From contig JAIOYO010000014.1 in the NCBI GenBank assembly GCA_021741075.1, positions 1,110-65,109 of the forward strand: 64,000 bases of DNA. The letters run 5' to 3'. A program made the translations under genes and the position numbers. Origin of the DNA: Flavobacteriales bacterium (GTDB taxonomy: Bacteria > Bacteroidota > Bacteroidia > UBA10329). Of this stretch, positions 17,823 through 26,717 are shown in pieces; the first letter of the stretch is position 1; each line of letters begins with the position of its first letter. The notes beneath the pieces were generated by a model that was given only the letters and a program-made list of their open reading frames with translations, ran no database searches and had not been told where the DNA came from.

Positions 17823-19904
17823 TTATTCTCCCGGATGATAGACCCGCTCAGCCGTCTTTTCCAACTCACTGCGTTTTAGAGACATTGGCTTGTATTGATG
17901 GTCTTTAAATAGTTCCATCTGGTCAGTGTAGTGCTTGCTGTTTGGTCTGTTGCTTGCACCAAAGGCATTCACGCTGCGGATATCAGCGCCATTCTCATCA
18001 AAGCGAACGATTTGTATATAACCGTCTCCAGCGGTCATCTTGAATAGCCCGTTTTTTTTGTCGACCAGTTTGGTGTCGCAGGCACGGGGCACCTCACGTA
18101 ATCCGTCAATCGGATAGCTTTTATCGCCACGCATCAAGCGTTGCACATCGCCCAACGCCACATCCATTGTTCCGTGGGTTGTTAGCAGTAGTTTTTTTGC
18201 TTTTCTCACAGCATCTATTGCCATTTCTTCGCTCACTCCTTCATCGCGTATCATCAAAATTGCAAATGGGGCATCTACTTCTCGCGCCATGAAATCATGC
18301 GCAACCATGGCTAAAGCTGCATCTGGGTTGTCCACATTTCCACGCTTGTCCCATCGCTTTAGTTTCTGAATGGCATCGGCTATGTCGGGATATTTGTTCT
18401 CATCCAACGAATAAAGCTTCGCAAACTTCTTCGCGTAAGCTCCATCAGAATCATAGGCATTATCGTACTTAATGCGGTCGAGGTCTTCTTCTGTGAACTT
18501 GCCTTCGTGCCCTTTCATCAAACGGCCAAAACGTTCGCCACGGTTGTACTCAAAACTCTGTAAACCAGGGAAGTATTCGTCCCAATTGCAGCTATCGCCC
18601 GTGCAATGTAGAGGCGTATTGTTTGCGTTGTAAACGAAGCCACATTCGGGGTTTTCAACATGCGGCAACTGCTCGTAGTCGAGAATGTCTGTCCAGTTGT
18701 AAGCGGAAGTATTGGCCGTTATTGGAGCTGTCCAATCCAATTTCGGATTGCGCTTCGGAACTTTTCCGCCTGAATGGAGCATAATGTTTCCTTTATCATC
18801 AGCATAAACTGTGTTGAACAATGGAACGGCCTGCATTTTCATGGCTTCACTGAACTCGCCAAAATTTTTGGCCTTGTTCATCTTGAACCATTGTTCCGTA
18901 GCGCGAATGTCCTTGTAGGCCGCAAAGCGAAAGGCATAGGTGCCGTATTTACTCTTGTAGACCGGTCCGTAAACGCAAGATTTTACCTTCTTGGACACAC
19001 CCAGCACCATTCCAGCAATCTTCACTTTTAGCTTTGCTTTACGCACGTAGAAATCGCGCCACTCGCCATCATACTTGTATTGGTTCTTGTTCTTTGGATT
19101 AAGCTCCAATTCGTAGATATCGCCAAATTGGTGGTAATTGAAAGTGTGTGCCCAACCCAAGTGTTCATTTGCACCGACAAAAACCATGTTTCCACCAGGA
19201 AAGAGGCCACCAACGCAGTTCCAGCCTTCTTCGCTTACAACATGCGCTTCGTACCACGCAAAACGCCCTTCAATGGGCTGATGCGAGTTCACCAAAAGAT
19301 AAGCTTTGCCATCGGCCATTTTTTCTGGAGCAACCGCCAAGGCGTTCGAACCCGAACCAGTGTGAGTTTCGTTAGCACCTAAAAATTCCTGAATCCGATT
19401 TTCGTTCACAGCCTTCAGCGCCATTCCCAAACCAGCCATCAGCGAAACACTGAGAGTGGAACTTTTAACTAGGTCTTTCGCTTCAATTGGGAACGCTAAT
19501 TTGAGTAGTAATTCCTTCGGATGAGCTGCTGCATAATCGTTGATGCCTTGCGCGTAGCCCTCAAGCACGGCTCGGTATTCGGGTGATAGATCCAATTCGT
19601 AGCGCGCATCCACAAGCGAATCAAGGTTGAGCATTGCCAATCCGAAATCGAACAGCACACCATCTTTTCCATCTACCCGACCAAGCATTCCTTTTCCTGC
19701 CAGAACCGCTCGTTGCATATTATCGAAATCGTCTTCGGAATGGGCATAAGCCAATCCGTAAGCGGCTTCTGCATCGGTTTTTCCGAAAATGTGTGGAACG
19801 CCATATCCATCGCGGAGGATGGTGACGTTTTTTGGGTTGATGGTTTGGGCAAGTGCAAGATGCGAACCGAGTAGGCTCAAGCAAATAAGAATTCGATAAT
19901 GCAT
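17823..19904 (-). CDS. Penicillin acylase family (Ntn hydrolase S45) protein, possible acyl-homoserine-lactone acylase
   Basis: 693 aa with a signal peptide. 'RDGYGVPHI' N-terminal motif. 'GSGSNALAV' carries the expected Ser nucleophile context, then 'LLVNSHQP'. Confidence 0.8.
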   Translation of the reverse strand: MHYRILICLSLLGSHLALAQTINPKNVTILRDGYGVPHIFGKTDAEAAYGLAYAHSEDDFDNMQRAVLAGKGMLGRVDGKDGVLFDFGLAMLNLDSLVDARYELDLSPEYRAVLEGYAQGINDYAAAHPKELLLKLAFPIEAKDLVKSSTLSVSLMAGLGMALKAVNENRIQEFLGANETHTGSGSNALAVAPEKMADGKAYLLVNSHQPIEGRFAWYEAHVVSEEGWNCVGGLFPGGNMVFVGANEHLGWAHTFNYHQFGDIYELELNPKNKNQYKYDGEWRDFYVRKAKLKVKIAGMVLGVSKKVKSCVYGPVYKSKYGTYAFRFAAYKDIRATEQWFKMNKAKNFGEFSEAMKMQAVPLFNTVYADDKGNIMLHSGGKVPKRNPKLDWTAPITANTSAYNWTDILDYEQLPHVENPECGFVYNANNTPLHCTGDSCNWDEYFPGLQSFEYNRGERFGRLMKGHEGKFTEEDLDRIKYDNAYDSDGAYAKKFAKLYSLDENKYPDIADAIQKLKRWDKRGNVDNPDAALAMVAHDFMAREVDAPFAILMIRDEGVSEEMAIDAVRKAKKLLLTTHGTMDVALGDVQRLMRGDKSYPIDGLREVPRACDTKLVDKKNGLFKMTAGDGYIQIVRFDENGADIRSVNAFGASNRPNSKHYTDQMELFKDHQYKPMSLKRSELEKTAERVYHPGE

Positions 19905-19940
19905 TGATTAGGGTTGAACCACGAAGAACGAAATTCTATT

Positions 19941-19959
19941 TTAGATTTCGGAAATCTAA
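19941..19959. promoter_or_regulatory. Perfect 19-bp palindrome upstream of the acylase gene and downstream of the response regulator
   Basis: TTAGATTTC-G-GAAATCTAA, flanked by direct AATTCTA copies. Confidence 0.3.
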
Positions 19960-20007
19960 CATCAGAATTCTAACTACTTTAGTCTTACATCTCTCTTCTG
20001 CCGACTA

Positions 20008-20697
20008 TCAAGCCACGAACTTATATCCCACACTTCGGATGGAAAGGAAGTGTTTGGGGTCTTTTGGGTCTTTTTCGAAATACTTTCTGAACGCGAGGAT
20101 GTAATTATCGATGGTTCGGGTAGAGGGAAAGATATCGTAACCCCAAACTGTTTCTAGAATAGTCTCTCGCGAGAGCACTTCATTTCTTCTCTCCACAAAC
20201 AAGCGAAGTAGTTTCATTTCTTTTTTGGAAAGTTGGTGTTCGTTTCCTTCGATATCTGTGATAGTGAAGGCGCTGAAATCGATTCTACAATTTCCAAAAT
20301 AGAAGTTGTCTAGCCTAGGGTCGCTTTCCATTGCCCCACGCTTCAAAAGCGACTGCACGCGCAACAAGAACTCATCTAAGTTGAATGGCTTTGTGAGGTA
20401 ATCATCGCCTCCAATTTTTAATCCGAAAATGCGGTCTTCGGTCGAACTTTTGGCGGTAAGAAAGAGAATGGGAATGTGCGTGTTCTCTAATCTTATGGTC
20501 TGACAAATTGTAAAACCGTCAACCTCAGGAAGCATCACATCCAGAATAACCAAATCGAAGCGCTTGCTAGCGAATTCTTCCAAGGCGAGCTTGCCATTGT
20601 TCACCGCATTCACTTCATAGCCATCCAACTCAAGATTTAGCTTGATGATGTCTTGTAGACTTTCCTCGTCCTCTACCAGAAGAATGCGTTTATTCAT
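20008..20697 (-). CDS. OmpR/PhoB-family response regulator (orphan, no kinase adjacent)
   Basis: REC domain ('ILLVEDEESL', 'DLVILDVMLP'). Winged-helix C-terminus ('LSKKEMKLLRLF...VWGYD...RTIDNYILAFRKYF'). Confidence 0.9.
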   Translation of the reverse strand: MNKRILLVEDEESLQDIIKLNLELDGYEVNAVNNGKLALEEFASKRFDLVILDVMLPEVDGFTICQTIRLENTHIPILFLTAKSSTEDRIFGLKIGGDDYLTKPFNLDEFLLRVQSLLKRGAMESDPRLDNFYFGNCRIDFSAFTITDIEGNEHQLSKKEMKLLRLFVERRNEVLSRETILETVWGYDIFPSTRTIDNYILAFRKYFEKDPKDPKHFLSIRSVGYKFVA

Positions 20698-20740
20698 GGG
20701 CTTGATCGAGGCTAAAAATAAGGCTAATTTTAAGCGCAGA

Positions 20741-22303
20741 ATGAAGCAGAGGTCTTTCGGAAGTTCTTTACCGCTTTTGGGGTATGCGCTAGCTGTAGCG
20801 GCTTTGTTTTTGCTTGTGCGTGGTTATCAGTTTAATACAAACGATCAGGCGGAGCATCTTCCACAGATATATCAGCAACTCGATTCGCAACTTTACTCGA
20901 ACGATTATTTCGTCAATCAAAGCAATGCCATCTTCACCGTAAGGCATTTTTACGAGAAATTAGTGCTATTTGTAGCCGAAATTATTGGGCTTGAATGGGG
21001 ACTTTTTGTGCTCACTTTCCTCTGTATTTCGTCAATGGCATATTCTTTTGCTCGCATTGCCGAAGAACTTTTTCATGATAGATGGGCGGTTCTGCTAGCG
21101 CCAATGTTGGCCATGTTGGTGTTCTACAACTTTACGGTGGGAGGTAATAACATTATGTATGGTAGCTTCATTTCGAGCACCCTTGCCAAAGGAATTTCTG
21201 CCTTTGCGTTGCTTCAATTTATTCGTTTTAAGCATTTCTATGCTGCAGTGGTACTCGGCATTGCCACGCTTTTTCAGCCGTTGGTTGGATTGCAATTGTT
21301 CTTGTTGCTAGGTGCTACCCTGTTGCTTTTTAGAAGGAATCTAAAGGAAACTGCTGTTTTTGGTCTTGGTTTTATGGTGGTGGCTTCCTTTATTCTCGTG
21401 CCAACCTTTGCTCACCAGTTTGCCGAAAGTGCCGCTTACGACAAGGATCTTTACTACGAGATTCTGTACCGTTTCCGAAATCATCATCATTATTTACCCA
21501 GTCTTTTTCCAATTACGCATTATGTGAAGTTTCTCTTTTTGACGTTGATAGGAGTAGAGATTTACACTTTCACAAAACCAGACGATAAAGGCTTCTTTGT
21601 GCCGTTTGTTGCCTTAAGCTTATTGGGCATGCTGGTCTATGCCGTTGGGCTCGAATTCTTACATGTTAAAGCATTGGGAAAATTACAATGGTTCAAAGTC
21701 ACGGTTTGGATTGCAGCTTTCAGCTCCGTCATTCTGGCTGGTTTTTTTGGACCGATTCTTTCAGGATTCTTCCCACTTGCTAAAGCCCGTCACTACGTTT
21801 TTCCTTTTTCCTTTTTCGTCTTTATTATCACCGCATTTGCCATCACCAACTCCAAGTTTCTTCCTGCTTCTTATCAGCACAAATACATGGTTGGAAACAG
21901 GAACTATACCGAATTAGAGAAGATGCATTTTTGGATAGACGAGAATATGGGGAAAGACGTGAGCGTACTCGTTTCACCGGATAATAATGCCTTTCCTTGT
22001 CAAGCTAAGCGGAGTATGCCCATTCATTTTCAAGCCATTATTCACGAGCCTTTCTTCATGTTGCCGTGGTACGAAGATTTTAAGGAAATCTATGGTGTTT
22101 CTATTGAGAATCAGGAAGGAATAGATGCCCGTGCGCAAGCAGTTCATCTTTATCAGACCAGAAATTATCGCGGTAGCAGTAAGCAGATTGACTACCGATT
22201 GGATAATATCGAAACTTGCCAATTCAAGAATGAACTGGGTCCAATGGTACATCAAGAAGGAACATGGATTCTTTCTGATTTCATTTCCTCGTCAGTCGAA
22301 TAA
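20741..22303 (+). CDS. Polytopic membrane protein of unknown function (GT-C-like topology)
   Basis: About 520 aa from the ATG at 20741 ('MKQRSFGSS'). The ORF-track start at 20642 would overlap the divergent regulator. At least 10 hydrophobic segments. Confidence 0.55.
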   Translation: MKQRSFGSSLPLLGYALAVAALFLLVRGYQFNTNDQAEHLPQIYQQLDSQLYSNDYFVNQSNAIFTVRHFYEKLVLFVAEIIGLEWGLFVLTFLCISSMAYSFARIAEELFHDRWAVLLAPMLAMLVFYNFTVGGNNIMYGSFISSTLAKGISAFALLQFIRFKHFYAAVVLGIATLFQPLVGLQLFLLLGATLLLFRRNLKETAVFGLGFMVVASFILVPTFAHQFAESAAYDKDLYYEILYRFRNHHHYLPSLFPITHYVKFLFLTLIGVEIYTFTKPDDKGFFVPFVALSLLGMLVYAVGLEFLHVKALGKLQWFKVTVWIAAFSSVILAGFFGPILSGFFPLAKARHYVFPFSFFVFIITAFAITNSKFLPASYQHKYMVGNRNYTELEKMHFWIDENMGKDVSVLVSPDNNAFPCQAKRSMPIHFQAIIHEPFFMLPWYEDFKEIYGVSIENQEGIDARAQAVHLYQTRNYRGSSKQIDYRLDNIETCQFKNELGPMVHQEGTWILSDFISSSVE

Positions 22304-22388
22304 TTACGTAAAACTGCGTACAACAGCCCGTCAAGCATTCCCGTGCTTTGACGCACTAACCATTTATTCTAACTCTAATTAAATAATC

Positions 22389-23141
22389 ATGAAATTATTA
22401 AGTAAAACATTCAAGCTTGGAAGATTTCTAGTTTTAGCAGGAGCTGTTTCTTTTTCAATTGCATCTTGTAATACCGAAGAACCAGAAACACCAGTAGATC
22501 CAGCAAGTAACCCACCTACACCAACTTTCGAACTTGGTTACGGAACGTTGGCAGCAGTTAAAACGGTAACCACTTTTGACCCTGGTTTTGGTGTGCCAAT
22601 TCAAGAAATTATTCTTGGAGTAGGTTCGGCAGGATTTACAGATGGTGTTGATTACGCCAATTTAATCGATGCTGGTACAATTACGTTAGAGGGCGAATCG
22701 TTGACTAAATTCGATAACGGTGCATACGCCTATCAACCAAACAATACCAATCCAACGGGTATTGATTTTAGCGGAAATCCTTCTTGGGAAGTGAGTGGCT
22801 CAGGTTCGGTTCCAGCCTTTTCTCACACCACCAGCATTGGTTTTCCAACATTGGGGACGATTACAAGTTCAACCACTGTTCCTGGTACTGGAGATTACGT
22901 ATTGACGGTATCAAACATCTCAGGAGCTGACTCTGTATTCTTTATGCTAGGTGGAATTTCGCACACGGAAGCAGGAACGGCTACTTCTAGCACTTTTACC
23001 GAAGCGGAGATTAATACAATGGGAACAGGTGCAAATTTTGCAATGGTTGCTCCTTACCGTTGGGAAATGGCCACCAAATCTGGTAAAGACTTCTACTTCG
23101 TGACCGAAGCTGTAAAGACCCAATCCGTTACCATAGAATAA
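22389..23141 (+). CDS. Lipoprotein of unknown function
   Basis: Lipobox 'SIASCNTEE'. Thr/Ser/Gly-rich beta-type sequence. 250 aa. Confidence 0.5.
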   Translation: MKLLSKTFKLGRFLVLAGAVSFSIASCNTEEPETPVDPASNPPTPTFELGYGTLAAVKTVTTFDPGFGVPIQEIILGVGSAGFTDGVDYANLIDAGTITLEGESLTKFDNGAYAYQPNNTNPTGIDFSGNPSWEVSGSGSVPAFSHTTSIGFPTLGTITSSTTVPGTGDYVLTVSNISGADSVFFMLGGISHTEAGTATSSTFTEAEINTMGTGANFAMVAPYRWEMATKSGKDFYFVTEAVKTQSVTIE

Positions 23142-23161
23142 TTGGTTGGAATAATGTGGGT

Positions 23162-23197
23162 GGGGTCGATTCTTTCGGGGGTCGGCCCCTTATTTTT
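23162..23197 (+). terminator. Probable rho-independent terminator
   Basis: Stem GGGGTCG/CGGCCCC (one G-U pair), 14-nt loop, then TTATTTTTT. Confidence 0.45.
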
Positions 23198-24548
23198 TGC
23201 TGTAAACCGTTTTGCGATTCACAAATTCCAACATGCCATCTTTGCTTAGCTCGCGTCCGTAGCCAGAAAGCTTGGTGCCGCCAAAAGGCAGACGTGGGTC
23301 TGACTTTACCAACTCGTTAATGAAATAGGCACCATCGCTCACTTCTGAAGCCATTTCGGTTGCTTTTTCAATGTTTCGAGTGCAAACGGTAACACCCAAA
23401 CCGTAGTTCGACATTTCAGATAGTTCAAAAGCATGTTTTTCGTCCTTAGCCTTTACCATTGCGGCTACCGGACCAAAAGTTTCTTCCGAGAAAGCAGGCA
23501 TTCCGGCTTTTACATTTCCGAGCACGGTTGGCTCATGGAAGCAGTTGTGTTGCGTTCCGCCATATAGCAATTCGGCTCCTTGAGAGATTGACTCCTGAAT
23601 CTGCCGATGAAGTTCGTCCGCAAGGTCTAAGCGTGCCAATGGCCCCACTTGAGTGTCTTCTGAAGTGGGGTCTCCCGATTTCAGTTCACTTACTGCTGCG
23701 GTGAATTTCTCCACGAATTCATCATAAATACCTTCAACGAGTATGAAACGCTTGGCTGCGATGCAACTCTGCCCACAATTGAGCATACGAGCAGTTAGAG
23801 CGGTCTTCACAGTAGCATCGATGTCAGCATCCTCCCACACAATGAAAGCATTGTTCCCACCCAATTCAAGCAAGGTTTTTTTGATGTACTTGCCTGCCAA
23901 AGCCGCAACGGCAGATCCAGCACGTTCGCTTCCAGTTAGGGAAACGGCTTGTACAGTCTTGTGAGCGATAATTTTCTCGGTTTGATCGTGATGTACAATC
24001 AAATTCTGAAAAACACCTTCAGGAAATCCAGCTTTGCGGAAAACGTCTTCAATCTGTAATGCACAGCCAAACACATTGGATGAATGTTTAAGCAATCCAA
24101 CATTTCCTGTAATCAAGGTAGGAGCAGCAAAGCGGAACACTTGCCAAAACGGAAAATTCCAAGGCATAATGGCAAGTACAGCTCCCATTGGGTCGTGACG
24201 AACAAACGAATGCTGGGCATCCGTTTCTATCACTTCATCGGCTAGAAAAGCTGCAGCGTTTTCAGCATAATAATCGCAAACCCAAGCACATTTGTTGATT
24301 TCTCCACGTGATTCGTTGATAGGTTTCCCCATTTCTAGGGTAATCATCATAGCGTATTCCTCTGCATTATCGCGAAGTATTTGGCCTGCCTTTTTCATCA
24401 TCTCGCAGCGCGCAGTTAGTGGAACTTTTTTCCAAGACGAAAAGGCTGTTTGCGATTGCGCCAATTTCCTGTCAAGTTCTTCGGTTGAAATGGCCGAAAA
24501 ACTCCCAACTTCTTGCCCATTGTAGGGATTGATGCTCTTAAATTTCAT
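23190..24548 (-). CDS. NAD(P)-dependent aldehyde dehydrogenase, succinate-semialdehyde dehydrogenase-like
   Basis: 452 aa. 'LELGGNNAF' and catalytic Cys context 'NCGQSCIAAKRF'. 'EETFGPV'. Confidence 0.85.
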   Translation of the reverse strand: MKFKSINPYNGQEVGSFSAISTEELDRKLAQSQTAFSSWKKVPLTARCEMMKKAGQILRDNAEEYAMMITLEMGKPINESRGEINKCAWVCDYYAENAAAFLADEVIETDAQHSFVRHDPMGAVLAIMPWNFPFWQVFRFAAPTLITGNVGLLKHSSNVFGCALQIEDVFRKAGFPEGVFQNLIVHHDQTEKIIAHKTVQAVSLTGSERAGSAVAALAGKYIKKTLLELGGNNAFIVWEDADIDATVKTALTARMLNCGQSCIAAKRFILVEGIYDEFVEKFTAAVSELKSGDPTSEDTQVGPLARLDLADELHRQIQESISQGAELLYGGTQHNCFHEPTVLGNVKAGMPAFSEETFGPVAAMVKAKDEKHAFELSEMSNYGLGVTVCTRNIEKATEMASEVSDGAYFINELVKSDPRLPFGGTKLSGYGRELSKDGMLEFVNRKTVYSKK

Positions 24549-24999
24549 TTTTCATTTGCCTTAATCCTTCATACACCACCACTGCAACCGCATTGGCCAG
24601 ATTTAAACTTCGGATATGCGGACTATGAATAGGAATTTTGTAGAGCTTGTCTGAATGTGCATCAGTTATCTCATTCGCCAATCCGACTGACTCTTTGCCA
24701 AAGACCAAAAAAATTCCATCTTCAAACGGAATATCCCAAACAGATTTCGTTCCGTGACTTGATAAGAATACCATGGTCTTATCGATATGGGTGGCAAAGA
24801 ATTCGTCAGCACTTTCGTAAATCTTGATGTCTACATGCTGCCAGTAGTCCAATCCTGCGCGCTTCACGCGGGCATCGGTCAGTTCAAAACCAAATGGTTT
24901 TACCAAATGAAGCGTGGAGCCAGAAGCCAAGCTCAATCGGCCAATATTACCCGTGTTGTTCGGTATTTCTGGTTCTATCAGAACGATGTTTAATGTCAT
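24538..24999 (-). CDS. trmL: tRNA (cytidine/uridine-2'-O)-methyltransferase TrmL (SpoU family)
   Basis: 153 aa. 'IVLIEPEIPNNTGNIGR', 'LHLVKPFGF', 'RAGLDYW' and 'HIRSLNLANAVAVVVYE'. Confidence 0.85.
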   Translation of the reverse strand: MTLNIVLIEPEIPNNTGNIGRLSLASGSTLHLVKPFGFELTDARVKRAGLDYWQHVDIKIYESADEFFATHIDKTMVFLSSHGTKSVWDIPFEDGIFLVFGKESVGLANEITDAHSDKLYKIPIHSPHIRSLNLANAVAVVVYEGLRQMKNEI

Positions 25000-25041
25000 T
25001 TGCTTTATCTTTTCAACTCATAATGATGATTGTTCTCAAAG

Positions 25042-25150
25042 CTAACCTTCGTGTTCAAACTCACTCCTACTGTGGAGCTTCCCATCTCATTCAAAGAGAG
25101 AAGGTGTTACGCCAAGCAGTAACGGGCGTGAGTTTGAACACGAAGGGTAG
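25042..25150. ncRNA. Candidate structured RNA / palindromic element (strand undetermined)
   Basis: 19-bp perfect outer stem 25046-25064 / 25128-25146, plus 3 more pairs after one mismatch. It encloses hairpin 25078-25103 (8 bp with a CCA bulge) and hairpin 25106-25123 (GTTAC/GTAAC). Lies in the 213-nt gap between two minus-strand genes. Confidence 0.4.
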
Positions 25151-25212
25151 TGGATAATCATTTCGTTCAATCCCGTTTTTTATGGTCACTGATCGCTGGT
25201 CACCATTGTCTA

Positions 25213-26421
25213 TTAGTTCAACTTCCCAGCAATAAACCCCGTTGTCCAAGCGGCCTGAAAGTTGTAGCCGCCCGTAATGCCATCAATGTCTAAAACCTCA
25301 CCCGCAAAATAAAGGTTCTTACACACGCGGCTTTCCATCGTATTGAAATTGATGCTTTCCAGGCTCACGCCACCGCAGGTGACGAATTCCTCTTTGAAGG
25401 TGGTCTTTCCTTTTACTTCATACTCATCGTTGGTGAGCGTATTCACCAGTTTATTCAGGCCTTTCCTGCCCAGTTCGCTCCACTTTTTGGTGGATGGAAT
25501 ATCGCTGCGTTCGAGCAGGAACAGCCACATGCGTTCGGGAATGCCAAAAGGCTTGATGTTGGAAGCCAATTTGTTCGGATTGGCTTCAACCACTTCACTC
25601 AGCACGCTCATTACGATATCATAATTCTGTTCTCCGGCCCAATTCACCGAAACACGGAATTCGTAGTTCATACCATGTAAGGCGCGTGCTCCGAAAGCCG
25701 ACAATTTAAGAATAGCAGGGCCGCTCATTCCCCAATGTGTGATGAGCAGCGGGCCGTTCGATTTCAGTTTCGTGCCTTGAATTGAAACCAGCGTGTTTTC
25801 CACCACCACACCCATCAATTCCTTAATGTTTTCGGTGGGCATGTTAAAAGTGAAGAGAGAGGGGACGGGCTCTTCAATTTTATGTCCGAATGCTTCCAGC
25901 CAATCAAAACCATTGCGGTTTGGGCTTCCGCCTGATGCGATGATCACTTTGTCGAAGTCGCTTGAAGTTCCATCCATAAAGGTCAATTCCAAGGCACTTT
26001 CCTTCTCGCTGACCGATCGGATCCCTGTTCCTAATTTGATGTCGATACCAAGTCGTTTGCTTTCCTTCAAGAGACAATCAATGATGCTCTGCGAATTGTT
26101 CGACTTTGGAAAAACACGGTTGTCTTCTTGTGTGTAAAGCGGCACGCTCCGCAATTCAAACCAGTCCCTTGTATGAGTTGTGTTGAAGGTGGAAAACGCC
26201 TTTTTCAGTTGTTTTTCGCCACGCGGATAGCCCTTTGCAAGCTCAGAAATGGAAGTGGTGCCATTGGTCACATTGCAGCGTCCACCTCCCGAAACCTTTA
26301 CTTTAGCCAGTACTTTCTGCGATTTTTCGAAGATGACAACGCTCGCATCGGGGTGATGTTCCTTAGCTGAGATGGCCGAGAAGAAACCCGCTGCACCAGC
26401 GCCTACCACTGCGATTTTCAT
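25213..26421 (-). CDS. BaiN/HI0933-family NAD(P)/FAD-dependent oxidoreductase
   Basis: 'KIAVVGAGAAGFF' Rossmann motif, 'GGGRCNVTN' and 'LYFAGEVLDIDGITGGYNFQAAW'. 402 aa. Confidence 0.85.
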   Translation of the reverse strand: MKIAVVGAGAAGFFSAISAKEHHPDASVVIFEKSQKVLAKVKVSGGGRCNVTNGTTSISELAKGYPRGEKQLKKAFSTFNTTHTRDWFELRSVPLYTQEDNRVFPKSNNSQSIIDCLLKESKRLGIDIKLGTGIRSVSEKESALELTFMDGTSSDFDKVIIASGGSPNRNGFDWLEAFGHKIEEPVPSLFTFNMPTENIKELMGVVVENTLVSIQGTKLKSNGPLLITHWGMSGPAILKLSAFGARALHGMNYEFRVSVNWAGEQNYDIVMSVLSEVVEANPNKLASNIKPFGIPERMWLFLLERSDIPSTKKWSELGRKGLNKLVNTLTNDEYEVKGKTTFKEEFVTCGGVSLESINFNTMESRVCKNLYFAGEVLDIDGITGGYNFQAAWTTGFIAGKLN

Positions 26422-26717
26422 TTGGCGAAGGTAAGGGATGAGTTTTTTTTTGATTGCATCAAAATTTTGTGCGTTTCGGTAGTTATACGTAGCTAAATAT
26501 TTACAAATGTGTCAACATTTGGTCGCGAATTTGAAATAGGAAATTGCCGCTGTACAGAAAAGCCTTATACGTTGTAAACCATGGTGTTTGAAATGAGCTA
26601 GAAGAATTTTGGTGGCGCACACATTTAGCAGTGAAGAATTAGATTGGAGTCCAGAAACCATTTCAAACGGGGCGTAGTCCGAAAAGCCAAACGAGTAGGA
26701 ACCTACCATAATAATAG

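Noticed and set aside
20642-20740. ORF-track N-terminal extension of the membrane protein (MMMSCRLSSSSTRRMRLF...).
   Set aside because: It would overlap the divergent response-regulator gene by 56 nt, and the sequence is low-complexity. The ATG at 20741 gives a sensible N-terminus just before the first TM helix.
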